Of a DNA stretch of 42,860 bases, positions 9,100-18,566 are shown in pieces (position 1 is the stretch's first letter; every line of letters starts with the position of its first letter). The stretch is from a virus (taxonomy: Duplodnaviria; Caudoviricetes): positions 1 through 42,860 of the IMG/VR virus record IMGVR_UViG_3300027804_000098; one strand, 5' to 3'. The position numbers were made by a program, and so were the translations under genes. The notes beneath the pieces were generated by a model, which made no database searches, was not told the DNA's origin, and worked only from the letters and a program-made list of their open reading frames with translations.

Positions 9100-9645
9100 A
9101 TGGCAATGTATGTTTTCCAAGAGATAGCACCAAAAGTTTTTTATTTTACCTACTGCCTTCAAGAGATTGGCAAGTACATCGGCTTCCTTGAAGAAAGTGA
9201 AAAGAATACAAATAATCTAATTAGCAAATGGCATGATGAAGAGTATGGATATGAAAAAAGAATATCCTCTGATTTTTCAAATGAAACAGAAATTGTAGAT
9301 ACTCGTAGCCTTTTTATAATTAATAATTTAAAGGCTACATTCCACCATTGCTTTACTCAATATAAGATATTTAACAACATAGAAGAGCCAGTGAACTTGA
9401 GTCCTAGGTACTGGGTCAGAAAACATAACGAGGGCCAAGTAAAAAATAACTGTGGTGCAAATGGTAAATACACTGCTAGATTATACATCAATGATTCTTT
9501 TTCTGGTGGGGAGATTTCAATACCTGGAAAACCTAGTTTTAAGCCAGAGGCAGGCAGCATAATTATAGCTCCATCAGATGTACAAGTAACCGCAGAACCA
9601 GCTCATGGCAATTCAAGATATATTGCAATAGGTCATTGGGTTTAA
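9100..9645 (+). CDS. Degenerate 2OG-Fe(II) oxygenase-fold protein lacking iron ligands
   Basis: Keeps LYINDSFSGGEI...FKPEAGSIIIAPS...SRY but has no HxD and no distal His at the expected positions. Confidence 0.7.
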   Translation: MAMYVFQEIAPKVFYFTYCLQEIGKYIGFLEESEKNTNNLISKWHDEEYGYEKRISSDFSNETEIVDTRSLFIINNLKATFHHCFTQYKIFNNIEEPVNLSPRYWVRKHNEGQVKNNCGANGKYTARLYINDSFSGGEISIPGKPSFKPEAGSIIIAPSDVQVTAEPAHGNSRYIAIGHWV

Positions 9646-9656
9646 TCAATACCCTC

Positions 9657-9665
9657 TGATATAAT
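9657..9665 (+). promoter_or_regulatory. Extended -10 promoter, probably giving a leaderless transcript
   Basis: TGATATAAT ends 6 nt before ATG 9672; no Shine-Dalgarno sequence. Confidence 0.6.
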
Positions 9666-9671
9666 TAAAAT

Positions 9672-11435
9672 ATGTCCTACTATCTAGATGTAATTAAAGA
9701 TTCCCCTGTTGGCTTGTGGAAATTAGACGAGTCATCTGGATCGATAGCCTATGACATCTCTGGTTGCAACAATCACGCATCATATGTTGGTCAGATAGTT
9801 AAAATGGGAATGCCAATAGTTTCTGGCGGAGCCCATACAAATAAGATTGATTCTTCTAATTATATTCAGTTTGCCATGTCAAAAGATTTTTCTGGAACAA
9901 CGGGTACTGGGGGATTTGGAACATTTGATACTTATGACAATGACTTCTCTATTGAAGCATGGATACATCCAAAAACTATAACATCTATAACTCCAATTTT
10001 AGCAGATGCCAACGGTATTGGTTTGTATTGGGATAATGGAAATATTGTTTTTAAACTAGAATCTGAAAGAATTGATTATTCTGTACCAAATCCTAATAGG
10101 GTTATCCATGTTGTTGGCGTATACTCTGTAAACTCTATGAGCCTTTATGTAAATGGAGTTATGGTGTCTACACAGCCAGTCTCTATTAGGTTTACTAATA
10201 CATCAGTATCTTTGGTATCTGGACCTGCTTTGTCTGGAGAATATTTTTTAATTGATTGTCCAGCTGTATACAGATATTCTTTATCTCAACAATCAATAAT
10301 ATCTCACTATAATAATTTATTTTTAAATAATGATGAGCAGATAGTTTTGCCAGACCTAGGTGAATTATTTAAGGCGGGAGAAAGGTATCAAGAGGTAGAA
10401 ACCAAATATGTTTATCCAGCTCAAGTTCCATGGGATACTCTTATTTATGATAATGCTGACCTTTCTTATAATAAAAACAACAATAGCATTTATTTAAATT
10501 CAGGATCTACATCTGGAGAATTTGTAGAAGACATGGTTTTGAATGTTACAAAAGCCTATGTCTCTTCTAAGATTGATTGGGTTGCATCTACTGGATTATC
10601 AGTTTATGTATCTGAAACTTCTGACTCGGGGCCCTGGCTACCTTGTGTAAATGGATCATCTATTCCAGGCTTTACTCAGGGCTCTAGCTTTTCTTCAACA
10701 AAGATACTATATTTTAAATTTGTTTTTTCTTCTACAGATTCAAATAAATATCTACCAGAACTATACTCGTTAAAAATTTATTTTTATTCTACAAAAAAAA
10801 TGCTAGGTCATAGCGGAGGTAGCAACCTTTCAATATCCCAGCCATCAAGCGGATCTGTTTGGGATATTGATATAGCAAACGATACTTATCCGATAAGACT
10901 TAGAGAAGGCAAAAATGGAGTAAGGCCAAGATCCTCGGCATTCTACATAGATTCAGCAAGAGAGAATATGAATATTGAAATGATATTTACTCCAAAGTCT
11001 TTATCTAACGGAAACCTTTTATTTAATAAGACTGGATTAGTAGAGACCTCATTGTCATGGGCGGTAGGCGGAGGGATAACAAAGTCTAATATTAGCAATA
11101 TCTATATTAATGGACAAGATGCCTCATCCGCTACAAACATATCTTCATACCTTTATATAGGAGAGCCAAACTATATACTAATAAAGACAACTGCTGCAAT
11201 AACTGGTCAAATATGGTTTAATGGAAAGCAATTGTTGGGAGTAAGATCAGGTGTATTGGACGATAATTTATATCAAAATATAGCATTATATTCTAATCCT
11301 TTAATTAGCCATCAGGAGCATTATGACCTATATATTGGAAAATCTGCTTCTATTGCTCAAGGTTCGTCTATGGAGATGACAGAAGAGTCAGTGGCAACCT
11401 ACTCTAGAGACAGAATTGTGTTCCAGGTCATATAG
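9672..11435 (+). CDS. Virion structural protein with an N-terminal LamG/concanavalin-A-like domain
   Basis: DSPVGLWKLDESSG...FSIEAWI...HVVGVYS...LYVNG...AVYRYSLSQQSIISHY pattern. Confidence 0.75.
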   Translation: MSYYLDVIKDSPVGLWKLDESSGSIAYDISGCNNHASYVGQIVKMGMPIVSGGAHTNKIDSSNYIQFAMSKDFSGTTGTGGFGTFDTYDNDFSIEAWIHPKTITSITPILADANGIGLYWDNGNIVFKLESERIDYSVPNPNRVIHVVGVYSVNSMSLYVNGVMVSTQPVSIRFTNTSVSLVSGPALSGEYFLIDCPAVYRYSLSQQSIISHYNNLFLNNDEQIVLPDLGELFKAGERYQEVETKYVYPAQVPWDTLIYDNADLSYNKNNNSIYLNSGSTSGEFVEDMVLNVTKAYVSSKIDWVASTGLSVYVSETSDSGPWLPCVNGSSIPGFTQGSSFSSTKILYFKFVFSSTDSNKYLPELYSLKIYFYSTKKMLGHSGGSNLSISQPSSGSVWDIDIANDTYPIRLREGKNGVRPRSSAFYIDSARENMNIEMIFTPKSLSNGNLLFNKTGLVETSLSWAVGGGITKSNISNIYINGQDASSATNISSYLYIGEPNYILIKTTAAITGQIWFNGKQLLGVRSGVLDDNLYQNIALYSNPLISHQEHYDLYIGKSASIAQGSSMEMTEESVATYSRDRIVFQVI

Positions 11436-11461
11436 TTTTGTCATATTGAGTGACAAAAAGC

Positions 11462-11490
11462 TGGACTTATGTCTACAATAGTGGTAAAAT
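11462..11490 (+). promoter_or_regulatory. Sigma70-type promoter
   Basis: TGGACT-17 bp-TAAAAT with extended TG; ATG 8 nt downstream. Confidence 0.6.
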
Positions 11491-11498
11491 AATTAACT

Positions 11499-11843
11499 AT
11501 GGACATAAAAAGAATCAATGCTCAAATGAAATCTGGCGAGACTAGATTAGGAGTCTATGTCTGGGAGATGCCTGACGGAAGATGGATTGGCGACGAAGAC
11601 AACAACTTCTTGTCTATACAATCAATGCTGGGCAATAAAGAAAGAATTGATTTGTTAGCAAAAGCGGTTGCTCATTATGGAATTGAAGAAGGCCAGCCTA
11701 AATTTATTGAAGGAAGCCGACAAATTGATGAAGAAGAGTTTGAATACCAGAAGCAAAGATTAAGATGGGGTCTCACCCCAGATCCGTTGGACATAGGAGT
11801 TCACAAGGAAGAGATGGCTAAACTTAGGGGTCCTCAAAAATGA
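11499..11843 (+). CDS. Hypothetical phage protein preceding the portal
   Basis: 114-aa ORF with its own promoter and an ATGA overlap with the portal gene. Confidence 0.7.
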   Translation: MDIKRINAQMKSGETRLGVYVWEMPDGRWIGDEDNNFLSIQSMLGNKERIDLLAKAVAHYGIEEGQPKFIEGSRQIDEEEFEYQKQRLRWGLTPDPLDIGVHKEEMAKLRGPQK

Positions 11844-13420
11844 TTGAATCTAAAGACGAAATTTTTAGCGAAAATATTGACATTTCAAATGCAGCAGACT
11901 GGGTAAGATTTAATAACCCTACGACTCAAAAGTCTGACGACCTGTTTGACATAGATGCAGAAGAAGTATTAAAGCTTTCAGGCCTTGGAGCCTCATTTAG
12001 AAGAAAAGTATCGAGAGACTTGCAAAAAGCTTTTACTGGAAAAGATGGTTCTGTAAGTCAGCAACTTCAACATCAACAGGCAGTTAGCGGGTACGCAACA
12101 TTTGACTTAATTCAACCAGAATACAACTTAGACTATCTTTCAACAATTTATGAAATTTCACCTTACAACTACGCAGCAATAAATGCAAAGGTTGCTAATA
12201 TTGTAGGTTTAGGATTTGACTTTATTGAATCAAAAAAAACTACAGACACGCTTGAAGATATCGAAGATGAAAAGCAATTAGAAAGAGCACGTAAAAAGCT
12301 AAATAGAATTAAGCAAGACCTGCATCGCTGGCTAGAAGATTGCAACGAAGATGAGACATTTAAAGAAACACTTATAAAGTTCTACACTGACATAGAGGCT
12401 ACTGGTAATGGCTATCTGGAGGTCGGTAGAACAACGACTGGCAAGATAGGGTACATCGGTCATATACCTTCAAAGACAATGCGTGTGAGGCGCCTCAGAG
12501 ACGGTTTTATACAGCTTCTATATGGTAAGGCAGTATTCTTTAGAAACTTCGGAGACACAGAAACCGTAAACCCAATTGCTGGCCAAGAGGATAGACCTAA
12601 TGAAATTATTCATTTAAAGAAGTACACTCCAAAAAATAATTATTATGGAATCCCAGATATTATTGCTGCACAAAATGCTATGGCAGGCAATGAATTTGCT
12701 GGTAAGTATAATCTGGACTACTTTGAAAATAAAGCGGTACCAAGATATATTATTACAGTAAAAGGGGCAAAGCTTTCCCCAGAGTCAGAGCGTAAATTGC
12801 TTGAATTTTTTCAGGTTGGGCTTAAAGGAAAAAATCATAGATCCCTGTATATTCCACTCCCACCAGACTCATCAGATTCAAAAACTGAATTTAAAATGGA
12901 GCCAATTGAAGCAGGGGCACAAGAAGGTTCTTTTGAAAAGTACAGAAATTCAAATCGAGATGAAATATTGATGGCTCATAGAGTCCCAATTAATAAAATT
13001 GGAACTCCAGCAGGTATTAATTTAGCTGCCGCAAGAGATGCAGATAAAACATTTAAAGAGCAAGTTTGCAGGCCAGCGCAAGAAAACCTTGAGAAAAAGA
13101 TTAATAAAATAATCCAGGAAATGACTGATGCCTTAGAGCTTAAATTTAACGAATTAAGTTTAACGGATGCTGATACCCAGTCAAAGATTGATGAAAGATA
13201 TCTTAGATTCCAGGTAATAACTCCAAATGAAATTAGAGTTAGAATGGGTATGGTTCCAAGAGAAGGCGGAGACGTTCCAGTAGATCTTGCAGCCCAAGCC
13301 GCAGAAATTAAAGCCCAAGCAACCCAAAGCAGAGCCCGTGATCAAGAAAGATCTGCCAATTCACCAGATAAATCTGGGGAGGGCAGAAATGCAAAGGGAG
13401 ATGGAAGACAAGTCAACTAG
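11840..13420 (+). CDS. Portal protein
   Basis: DIEATGNGYLEV, NEIIHLKKYTPKNNYYGIPDI, YFENKAVP, EILMAHRVP, ITPNEIRVRMG are HK97/PBSX-type portal motifs; lies before protease and capsid. Confidence 0.93.
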   Translation: MIESKDEIFSENIDISNAADWVRFNNPTTQKSDDLFDIDAEEVLKLSGLGASFRRKVSRDLQKAFTGKDGSVSQQLQHQQAVSGYATFDLIQPEYNLDYLSTIYEISPYNYAAINAKVANIVGLGFDFIESKKTTDTLEDIEDEKQLERARKKLNRIKQDLHRWLEDCNEDETFKETLIKFYTDIEATGNGYLEVGRTTTGKIGYIGHIPSKTMRVRRLRDGFIQLLYGKAVFFRNFGDTETVNPIAGQEDRPNEIIHLKKYTPKNNYYGIPDIIAAQNAMAGNEFAGKYNLDYFENKAVPRYIITVKGAKLSPESERKLLEFFQVGLKGKNHRSLYIPLPPDSSDSKTEFKMEPIEAGAQEGSFEKYRNSNRDEILMAHRVPINKIGTPAGINLAAARDADKTFKEQVCRPAQENLEKKINKIIQEMTDALELKFNELSLTDADTQSKIDERYLRFQVITPNEIRVRMGMVPREGGDVPVDLAAQAAEIKAQATQSRARDQERSANSPDKSGEGRNAKGDGRQVN

Positions 13421-13438
13421 TCTTACTCAACTGGTTAT

Positions 13439-13467
13439 TTGCCTTTTTATACAACAATCTCTATAAT
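13439..13467 (+). promoter_or_regulatory. Sigma70-type promoter
   Basis: TTGCCT-17 bp-TATAAT; ATG 9 nt downstream. Confidence 0.65.
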
Positions 13468-13476
13468 ATATAACAT

Positions 13477-14790
13477 ATGATCATAGAAAAGTCACATTGG
13501 TCTTCTAATGGAAATGCTATTAATTTATCAGTTCCATTTACGAAGGTCAATAGAGAGAAAAGAACAGTCTCAGGATTCGCAACATTAGATAACCTGGATC
13601 AGACTGGTGATGTCGTTACTCAAGAAGCTAGCATGAAAGCGTTCGAAAGCTTTAGAGGTAATCTAAGAGAAATGCATCAGCCGCTTGCAGTTGGCAAGGT
13701 AGCATCATTTAGACCAGAAACTTTTTATGACCCTGCAACAAAAGAATTTTACAACGGTGTTTACGTTGATGCATACATTTCTAAGGGCGCTCAGGACACT
13801 TGGGAAAAGGTTCTAGACGGAACACTAACAGGATTTTCTATCGGCGGAAAGATTATTGAATCAGATAACGAAGTAAACAAATCAACAGGAGCATCAGTAA
13901 GATTCATCAAAGACTATGCACTAGTTGAACTATCAATCGTTGATTCACCAGCAAATGAACTATGTAACATTTTATCTATTGAAAAAGTAAACGGACAAAT
14001 GATTTTTAAAGGCATCGCAGCAGATGTTAAAATGGAAAATATTTTTTATTGTGCAGACAGCGACTCTGTATTTATGTCAACAGAATCAGAATACATATCT
14101 CCAGTTACTGGTAAAAAAACAGAACTCATTGGATGGGTAGAATCAAACGACGTAAACAAAGGAAAAGAAATAGAAAAGATTCTTGATTCACGTAGATCAA
14201 GATTGCAAACATTGCCTGAAACACAAAATATAAATACGGCAATTGCAGAAGGAGGAAATGAAGTGGAAAAGCTTAATGTAACAGAAGCAACTCCAGTAGT
14301 AGAAGAAGCAGTAGTAGAAACACCTGCAGAAATTATTGAAGAAGTTGCCCCAGTAGAACAAGATTCTGCTGAAGTTGTAGCTGAAGTAACTTCTGCCGAA
14401 GTTCTGGAAAAATCAGCAGAACTAACAGTTCAGGAATCACCTGACTTTGTTAAAATGCTAGGCGACCTTAAGGGTTTCTTCTCAGAGACTTTGGAAAAGG
14501 CCTCTGAGGCAAACGCTGCTCAGGTTTCAACAATCAAGGAGACAGTCGAAGCTTTTAGCAAGAATGTCGATTTGAGAATTTCAGAATTAGCAGAAAAGCA
14601 CACAGAACTCTCAACAGCAGTTGATTCAATTAAGTCTATCATGGACACAGTTGAAAAAAGAGTAGACGCAGTAGAATCAGACACTGCAATCAAGAAGTCC
14701 TCTGACCTTGGCGGGTCAACAGGAGTAACAATCAAAAAATCAAAATGGAACGGCACTTTCCTCGGTTCCGTTAGCGAATTAACAAAATAA
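13477..14790 (+). CDS. Prohead (capsid maturation) protease with a C-terminal scaffold region
   Basis: RTVSGFAT...DQTGDVV...LREMH...TGFSIGG...LVELSIVDSPAN; acidic linker and coiled-coil C-terminus. Confidence 0.9.
   Translation: MIIEKSHWSSNGNAINLSVPFTKVNREKRTVSGFATLDNLDQTGDVVTQEASMKAFESFRGNLREMHQPLAVGKVASFRPETFYDPATKEFYNGVYVDAYISKGAQDTWEKVLDGTLTGFSIGGKIIESDNEVNKSTGASVRFIKDYALVELSIVDSPANELCNILSIEKVNGQMIFKGIAADVKMENIFYCADSDSVFMSTESEYISPVTGKKTELIGWVESNDVNKGKEIEKILDSRRSRLQTLPETQNINTAIAEGGNEVEKLNVTEATPVVEEAVVETPAEIIEEVAPVEQDSAEVVAEVTSAEVLEKSAELTVQESPDFVKMLGDLKGFFSETLEKASEANAAQVSTIKETVEAFSKNVDLRISELAEKHTELSTAVDSIKSIMDTVEKRVDAVESDTAIKKSSDLGGSTGVTIKKSKWNGTFLGSVSELTK
14263..14790 (+). CDS. Nested in-frame scaffolding protein (internal start)
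   Basis: AAGGAGG at 14249-14255 lies 7 nt before an in-frame GTG at 14263; the product is acidic and coiled-coil. Confidence 0.65.
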   Translation: MEKLNVTEATPVVEEAVVETPAEIIEEVAPVEQDSAEVVAEVTSAEVLEKSAELTVQESPDFVKMLGDLKGFFSETLEKASEANAAQVSTIKETVEAFSKNVDLRISELAEKHTELSTAVDSIKSIMDTVEKRVDAVESDTAIKKSSDLGGSTGVTIKKSKWNGTFLGSVSELTK

Positions 14791-14809
14791 AGGGTAAGGT
14801 GAAAAACTA

Positions 14810-15865
14810 ATGAGTAATGAACTATTAGCAAAAGCAGCTGAAGCAGGCACAACACTAACAGGTGGAATGACTGGCGCAGCAAACCCTACCGACGGAATTC
14901 ACGTAGGTTCCGAGGGTAAGGGAGGCTTGCTCAATCCTGAGCAATCCGCAAGATTCCTTGATTACATGTTCGATGCAACAGTAATCGGTAAAGTAGCACG
15001 TACAGTTCGAATGAGAGCTGACACTACAGAGATTGATCGTATCGGCGTCGGTGAGAAGCTTATGAAGCTTGCAGCTGAAGCAGAGAACACTGGCTCAAAT
15101 GCAGCTGTACAGTTCTCAAAGATTTCTCTCACAACAAAGAAGCTTCGCCTAGATTGGGAGCTTTCAACTGAGTCTCTAGAAGACAATATTGAAGGTGCAG
15201 ATCTAGAAGATCACATTGCAAGACTTATGGCAACACAGGCTGGTAACGACCTTGAGGACGTAGTCCTTAACGGTAACACAGCTCTAACTGCAGATTTACT
15301 TTACAAGTCATTCGACGGTGTTGTTAAGATTGCAAAGGCAAACGGCCATGTAGTAGCTGGAGCGGGCGCAAACGTGTCTCGTGAAATCTTCAACAAGGCA
15401 CTTAAGGCTATGCCACGTAAGTACAAGCAACGTCGTCCAGACCTACGCTTCCTTGCAGGCTCAAACCTAATTCAAGACTACTTATACTCAACTTCACAGT
15501 TGGGTAACTATGGTTCTGCAAACCCACAGGATATCGCTTCAAGCATTATCCGTGGAAACGAGCCAGGCCTAGGTGGCCCAGCAGGTTTCGTAGCTCCATT
15601 CGCATTTGGTATTCCAATTGTTGAGGTTCCACTACTTAAGGAAACTCAGACTGGTTCATATGCAACTCCAACAGGAGAGCACGGAGACGTCCACTTGACA
15701 TTCCCAAATAACGTTGTTATTGGTATCAAGCGTGATGTAACTGTTTACCGCTTCTTCTGGCCAAAGAAGGACTCAATCGAATATACAATGTATACTCGCG
15801 TGGGTACCCAAATTGAGCAGGCAGATGCATGGGTAGTCGTAAAAGACGTTAAGGTTGCTTCTTAA
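14810..15865 (+). CDS. Major capsid protein (HK97 fold)
   Basis: GGLLNPEQSARF, ELSTESLEDNIEG, DLEDVVLNG, FGIPIVEVP; follows the protease and is followed by a terminator. Confidence 0.93.
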   Translation: MSNELLAKAAEAGTTLTGGMTGAANPTDGIHVGSEGKGGLLNPEQSARFLDYMFDATVIGKVARTVRMRADTTEIDRIGVGEKLMKLAAEAENTGSNAAVQFSKISLTTKKLRLDWELSTESLEDNIEGADLEDHIARLMATQAGNDLEDVVLNGNTALTADLLYKSFDGVVKIAKANGHVVAGAGANVSREIFNKALKAMPRKYKQRRPDLRFLAGSNLIQDYLYSTSQLGNYGSANPQDIASSIIRGNEPGLGGPAGFVAPFAFGIPIVEVPLLKETQTGSYATPTGEHGDVHLTFPNNVVIGIKRDVTVYRFFWPKKDSIEYTMYTRVGTQIEQADAWVVVKDVKVAS

Positions 15866-15885
15866 TTAAATAAGAAATAACTATC

Positions 15886-15922
15886 GAAAGGCCCCCAATT
15901 AATTTTGGGGGCTTTTCATTTT
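15886..15922 (+). terminator. Intrinsic terminator after the capsid gene
   Basis: GAAAGGCCCCCAA-TTAATT-TTGGGGGCTTTTC followed by a T-rich run. Confidence 0.85.
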
Positions 15923-15932
15923 AATTTTATAG

Positions 15933-15941
15933 TGCTATAAT
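15933..15941 (+). promoter_or_regulatory. Extended -10 promoter
   Basis: TGCTATAAT upstream of RBS AAGGAG and ATG 15969. Confidence 0.6.
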
Positions 15942-15968
15942 TTATATACATACCAAAGGAGTATATAC

Positions 15969-16367
15969 ATGTCATTTGACACACTTAAAGTCAAAGATCT
16001 AAAGACACTAGCAGCGGACTTCGCAGTTGATGTTGATGGACTAAAAAACAAAGCAGATGTTATTGCAGCCCTAACAGAAGAAGGAGTAACTTGGTCAGTT
16101 TACCAAGGGACACTAAAAAATATAGAGAACGCAAAAGAAGATGCAGATGAAATTCTTCCTAGACTAGATCCAAATCAAAAGCTTGATGAAGATATGGTAC
16201 TTGTAAAGATGGATCGACCAAATGCTAGATATGATGCTTTAGGATTTACATTCACTAGAGATCATCCATTTGTAGCAATGAAGCCAGAAGTGGCTCAAGA
16301 AATTTTTGATAAGGAGGAAGGGTTTAGATTGGCTACACCTAGAGAAGTACAGGAGTACTACAACTAA
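15969..16367 (+). CDS. Hypothetical head-associated protein with an N-terminal helix-extension-helix-like motif
   Basis: LKVKDLKTLAADFAVDVDGLKNKADVIAAL; lies directly after the capsid gene. Confidence 0.6.
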   Translation: MSFDTLKVKDLKTLAADFAVDVDGLKNKADVIAALTEEGVTWSVYQGTLKNIENAKEDADEILPRLDPNQKLDEDMVLVKMDRPNARYDALGFTFTRDHPFVAMKPEVAQEIFDKEEGFRLATPREVQEYYN

Positions 16368-16376
16368 GCCTAACAC

Positions 16377-17360
16377 ATGGCAGAGATATACATAAACACA
16401 AGCACGGCAGCAACAACAAAACTTTACGTAAAAGGTGAAGCTATAACGCCAACATCATCCGTAGTTGTAAAATTTTATGACATAACTGGTGATCCGCTTG
16501 TTTCTCCGCAGATTAGTCCATCATCAATTATTGCTACTGTAACAGCAGAAGCGAGTGAAGTTGACGAAGGATCATTTAGTGTTTATCTGCCAGTGCAGCA
16601 TTCAACAAGAAATAGAAAGTTTAAGTTAGTTTGGGATTGGCAGTTCAACTCAGCTGCATACTCAACTACAACCTACCTAGATATTGTTACTCCATATGTT
16701 GATATCCAAGAAGCAGCACAAGAAATGGGTCTTGGGTCAGATGCAAATGATCCAAGTCATAAAACATATCAGGAATTAAAATTGGCGGAGAGATACGCTA
16801 GAAACATAATTGAAGGGCACACGGGACAAAAGTTTTATTTGCATGATGATACCTTCTTTACAATAGGAAGTGATTCAGATACACTTTCAATGCCTAAAAA
16901 AATAAATAGGCTACATACTCTATATGCCAATGATGAATTGCTTGTAGACAATATCAATAGTATTAATAACTTAGGAATAGTTGTTGAAAATACAGTAAGT
17001 GGATTTGGAATAAGAGCCAATCATTTTTCTGGCATTAATGACGATGTGTATATTGCAAATGGAATGGTGCCCCCTTCAATAAATGATTCATCTCCAAATA
17101 TTTTTAGAAGATCTAAGAGTTACAAAGTGTATGCAAGATTTGGTTGGGACTATATCCCAAATGAAGTTCGTGACGCAACGGTAGAATTAATGAAGATGTA
17201 CTTTGCAAAAGACCGTGTGTGGAGAGATAGATACGTTAAAAAGATATCTACAACAGACTGGGATTTTGAATATTCTTCTGAAGCTTTTAGCGGAACGGGC
17301 TCTTCTTACGCTGACAAGCTTCTAGCAGATTATGTTATAACTCAAATGGTACTGGTGTAA
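16377..17360 (+). CDS. Head-to-tail adaptor protein
   Basis: PYVDIQE...ARNIIEGHTGQKF...FGWDYIPNEVRDATVELM...ADKLLADY pattern and synteny. Confidence 0.75.
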   Translation: MAEIYINTSTAATTKLYVKGEAITPTSSVVVKFYDITGDPLVSPQISPSSIIATVTAEASEVDEGSFSVYLPVQHSTRNRKFKLVWDWQFNSAAYSTTTYLDIVTPYVDIQEAAQEMGLGSDANDPSHKTYQELKLAERYARNIIEGHTGQKFYLHDDTFFTIGSDSDTLSMPKKINRLHTLYANDELLVDNINSINNLGIVVENTVSGFGIRANHFSGINDDVYIANGMVPPSINDSSPNIFRRSKSYKVYARFGWDYIPNEVRDATVELMKMYFAKDRVWRDRYVKKISTTDWDFEYSSEAFSGTGSSYADKLLADYVITQMVLV

Positions 17361-17785
17361 TGTTTGACCTAGTTGATGGTTTAATGACCATGAAAATGGA
17401 TGTCTACCGTCAATCTGAACGGCAGGATCCAAACACTGGTGCAATGGTTAGAGAGTTTTCTTATATTAAAACAATAGATTGTTATGCTAGAGGGGTAATT
17501 ACAGAAAACCGAAATAGGTCCAACGATAGCCAAAAGTTTTCAAATAAATATTCAAACAATCAGTACATAGAAGTTAGAACATCTGATAGGCTTACTGCCA
17601 GAGACAAAGTTAAAAATATTGTTGATGTCAACGGTAAGCCAATTTGGTATGAGCTCAATTATCCAAATGATACAGACACAGTATTTGACGTGATAGGAAC
17701 AACTCCAATAGCAGATCCATTTGGAAATGTAGTTGGATATAACTCATCACTACAAAGAGCGGAGAATCAGCAAATTGGCATCTGA
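17360..17785 (+). CDS. Head closure/stopper-like protein
   Basis: Size (141 aa), beta-rich composition and position after the adaptor. Confidence 0.6.
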   Translation: MFDLVDGLMTMKMDVYRQSERQDPNTGAMVREFSYIKTIDCYARGVITENRNRSNDSQKFSNKYSNNQYIEVRTSDRLTARDKVKNIVDVNGKPIWYELNYPNDTDTVFDVIGTTPIADPFGNVVGYNSSLQRAENQQIGI

Positions 17786-18566
17786 AATTTTAGCAATTAA
17801 AGCAGCAAGCGGATTAGTTAATTTAATGTCTAATAAGCCAATGAGCGGCGCAATAAAAGACAGTACTGTTGCTCAGATATCTGCAGCTTTATTTTATAAA
17901 ACAAATGTCATGGCTAAGCTCGCCGCTAACTCTCAATTTCAAGCAGCATTTAGAAGCGTAATCTTCGATCAACTTCAAGTTGATTTTGGAGACTATATTG
18001 ATGCAAAAGCAAGAACATCTCCAAAGTCTTTTCACCATGTTTATGAATGGGGAAGAATTGGTGAGGATGAGGCTAGACTATTTAAATTAAAAAAACTTCC
18101 AGCAGATGGGCTTTCATTAAAAGTTAATTATGAATTAATAGATTCTAAATCTTTCGTACCATCTGAAAACTCTAACAATAAGCATGTCTTTGTTAAAAAA
18201 GCTGAGATAATGGAGCAGGGCAAAACAGTAGTTATTGCTCCAAGATTTTCAGAAAGATTAGTATTTGAAGTAGATGGGTATACAGTATTTATGCCCAAGG
18301 GTGAATCTGTTACTGTCAAAAAGCCAGGCGGAGCGGCAACTAAAAATGCATTCTTTTCACAATATAGATATTTCTTTACTGGACAGCTAGTCAATATGTC
18401 TATTAAAAAATCGGGATTTCAAAAGCTTTTTAATTCTTCATTATCTAGAGCACTAGGAGTTCCAGCACAAGTTAAATCAGTTAAATATAGTTTCTCTCCA
18501 AATCAGCTAGCAAATGAAGCAGAAGCTGCAACATCAGCGGCATTTGCGAGGTTAGCAAATGGCTAA
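17775..18566 (+). CDS. Neck/tail-completion region protein (start probably TTG 17775)
   Basis: RBS GGAG at 17761; basic protein between stopper and terminator; HHVYEWG motif. Confidence 0.55.
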   Translation: MASEILAIKAASGLVNLMSNKPMSGAIKDSTVAQISAALFYKTNVMAKLAANSQFQAAFRSVIFDQLQVDFGDYIDAKARTSPKSFHHVYEWGRIGEDEARLFKLKKLPADGLSLKVNYELIDSKSFVPSENSNNKHVFVKKAEIMEQGKTVVIAPRFSERLVFEVDGYTVFMPKGESVTVKKPGGAATKNAFFSQYRYFFTGQLVNMSIKKSGFQKLFNSSLSRALGVPAQVKSVKYSFSPNQLANEAEAATSAAFARLANG

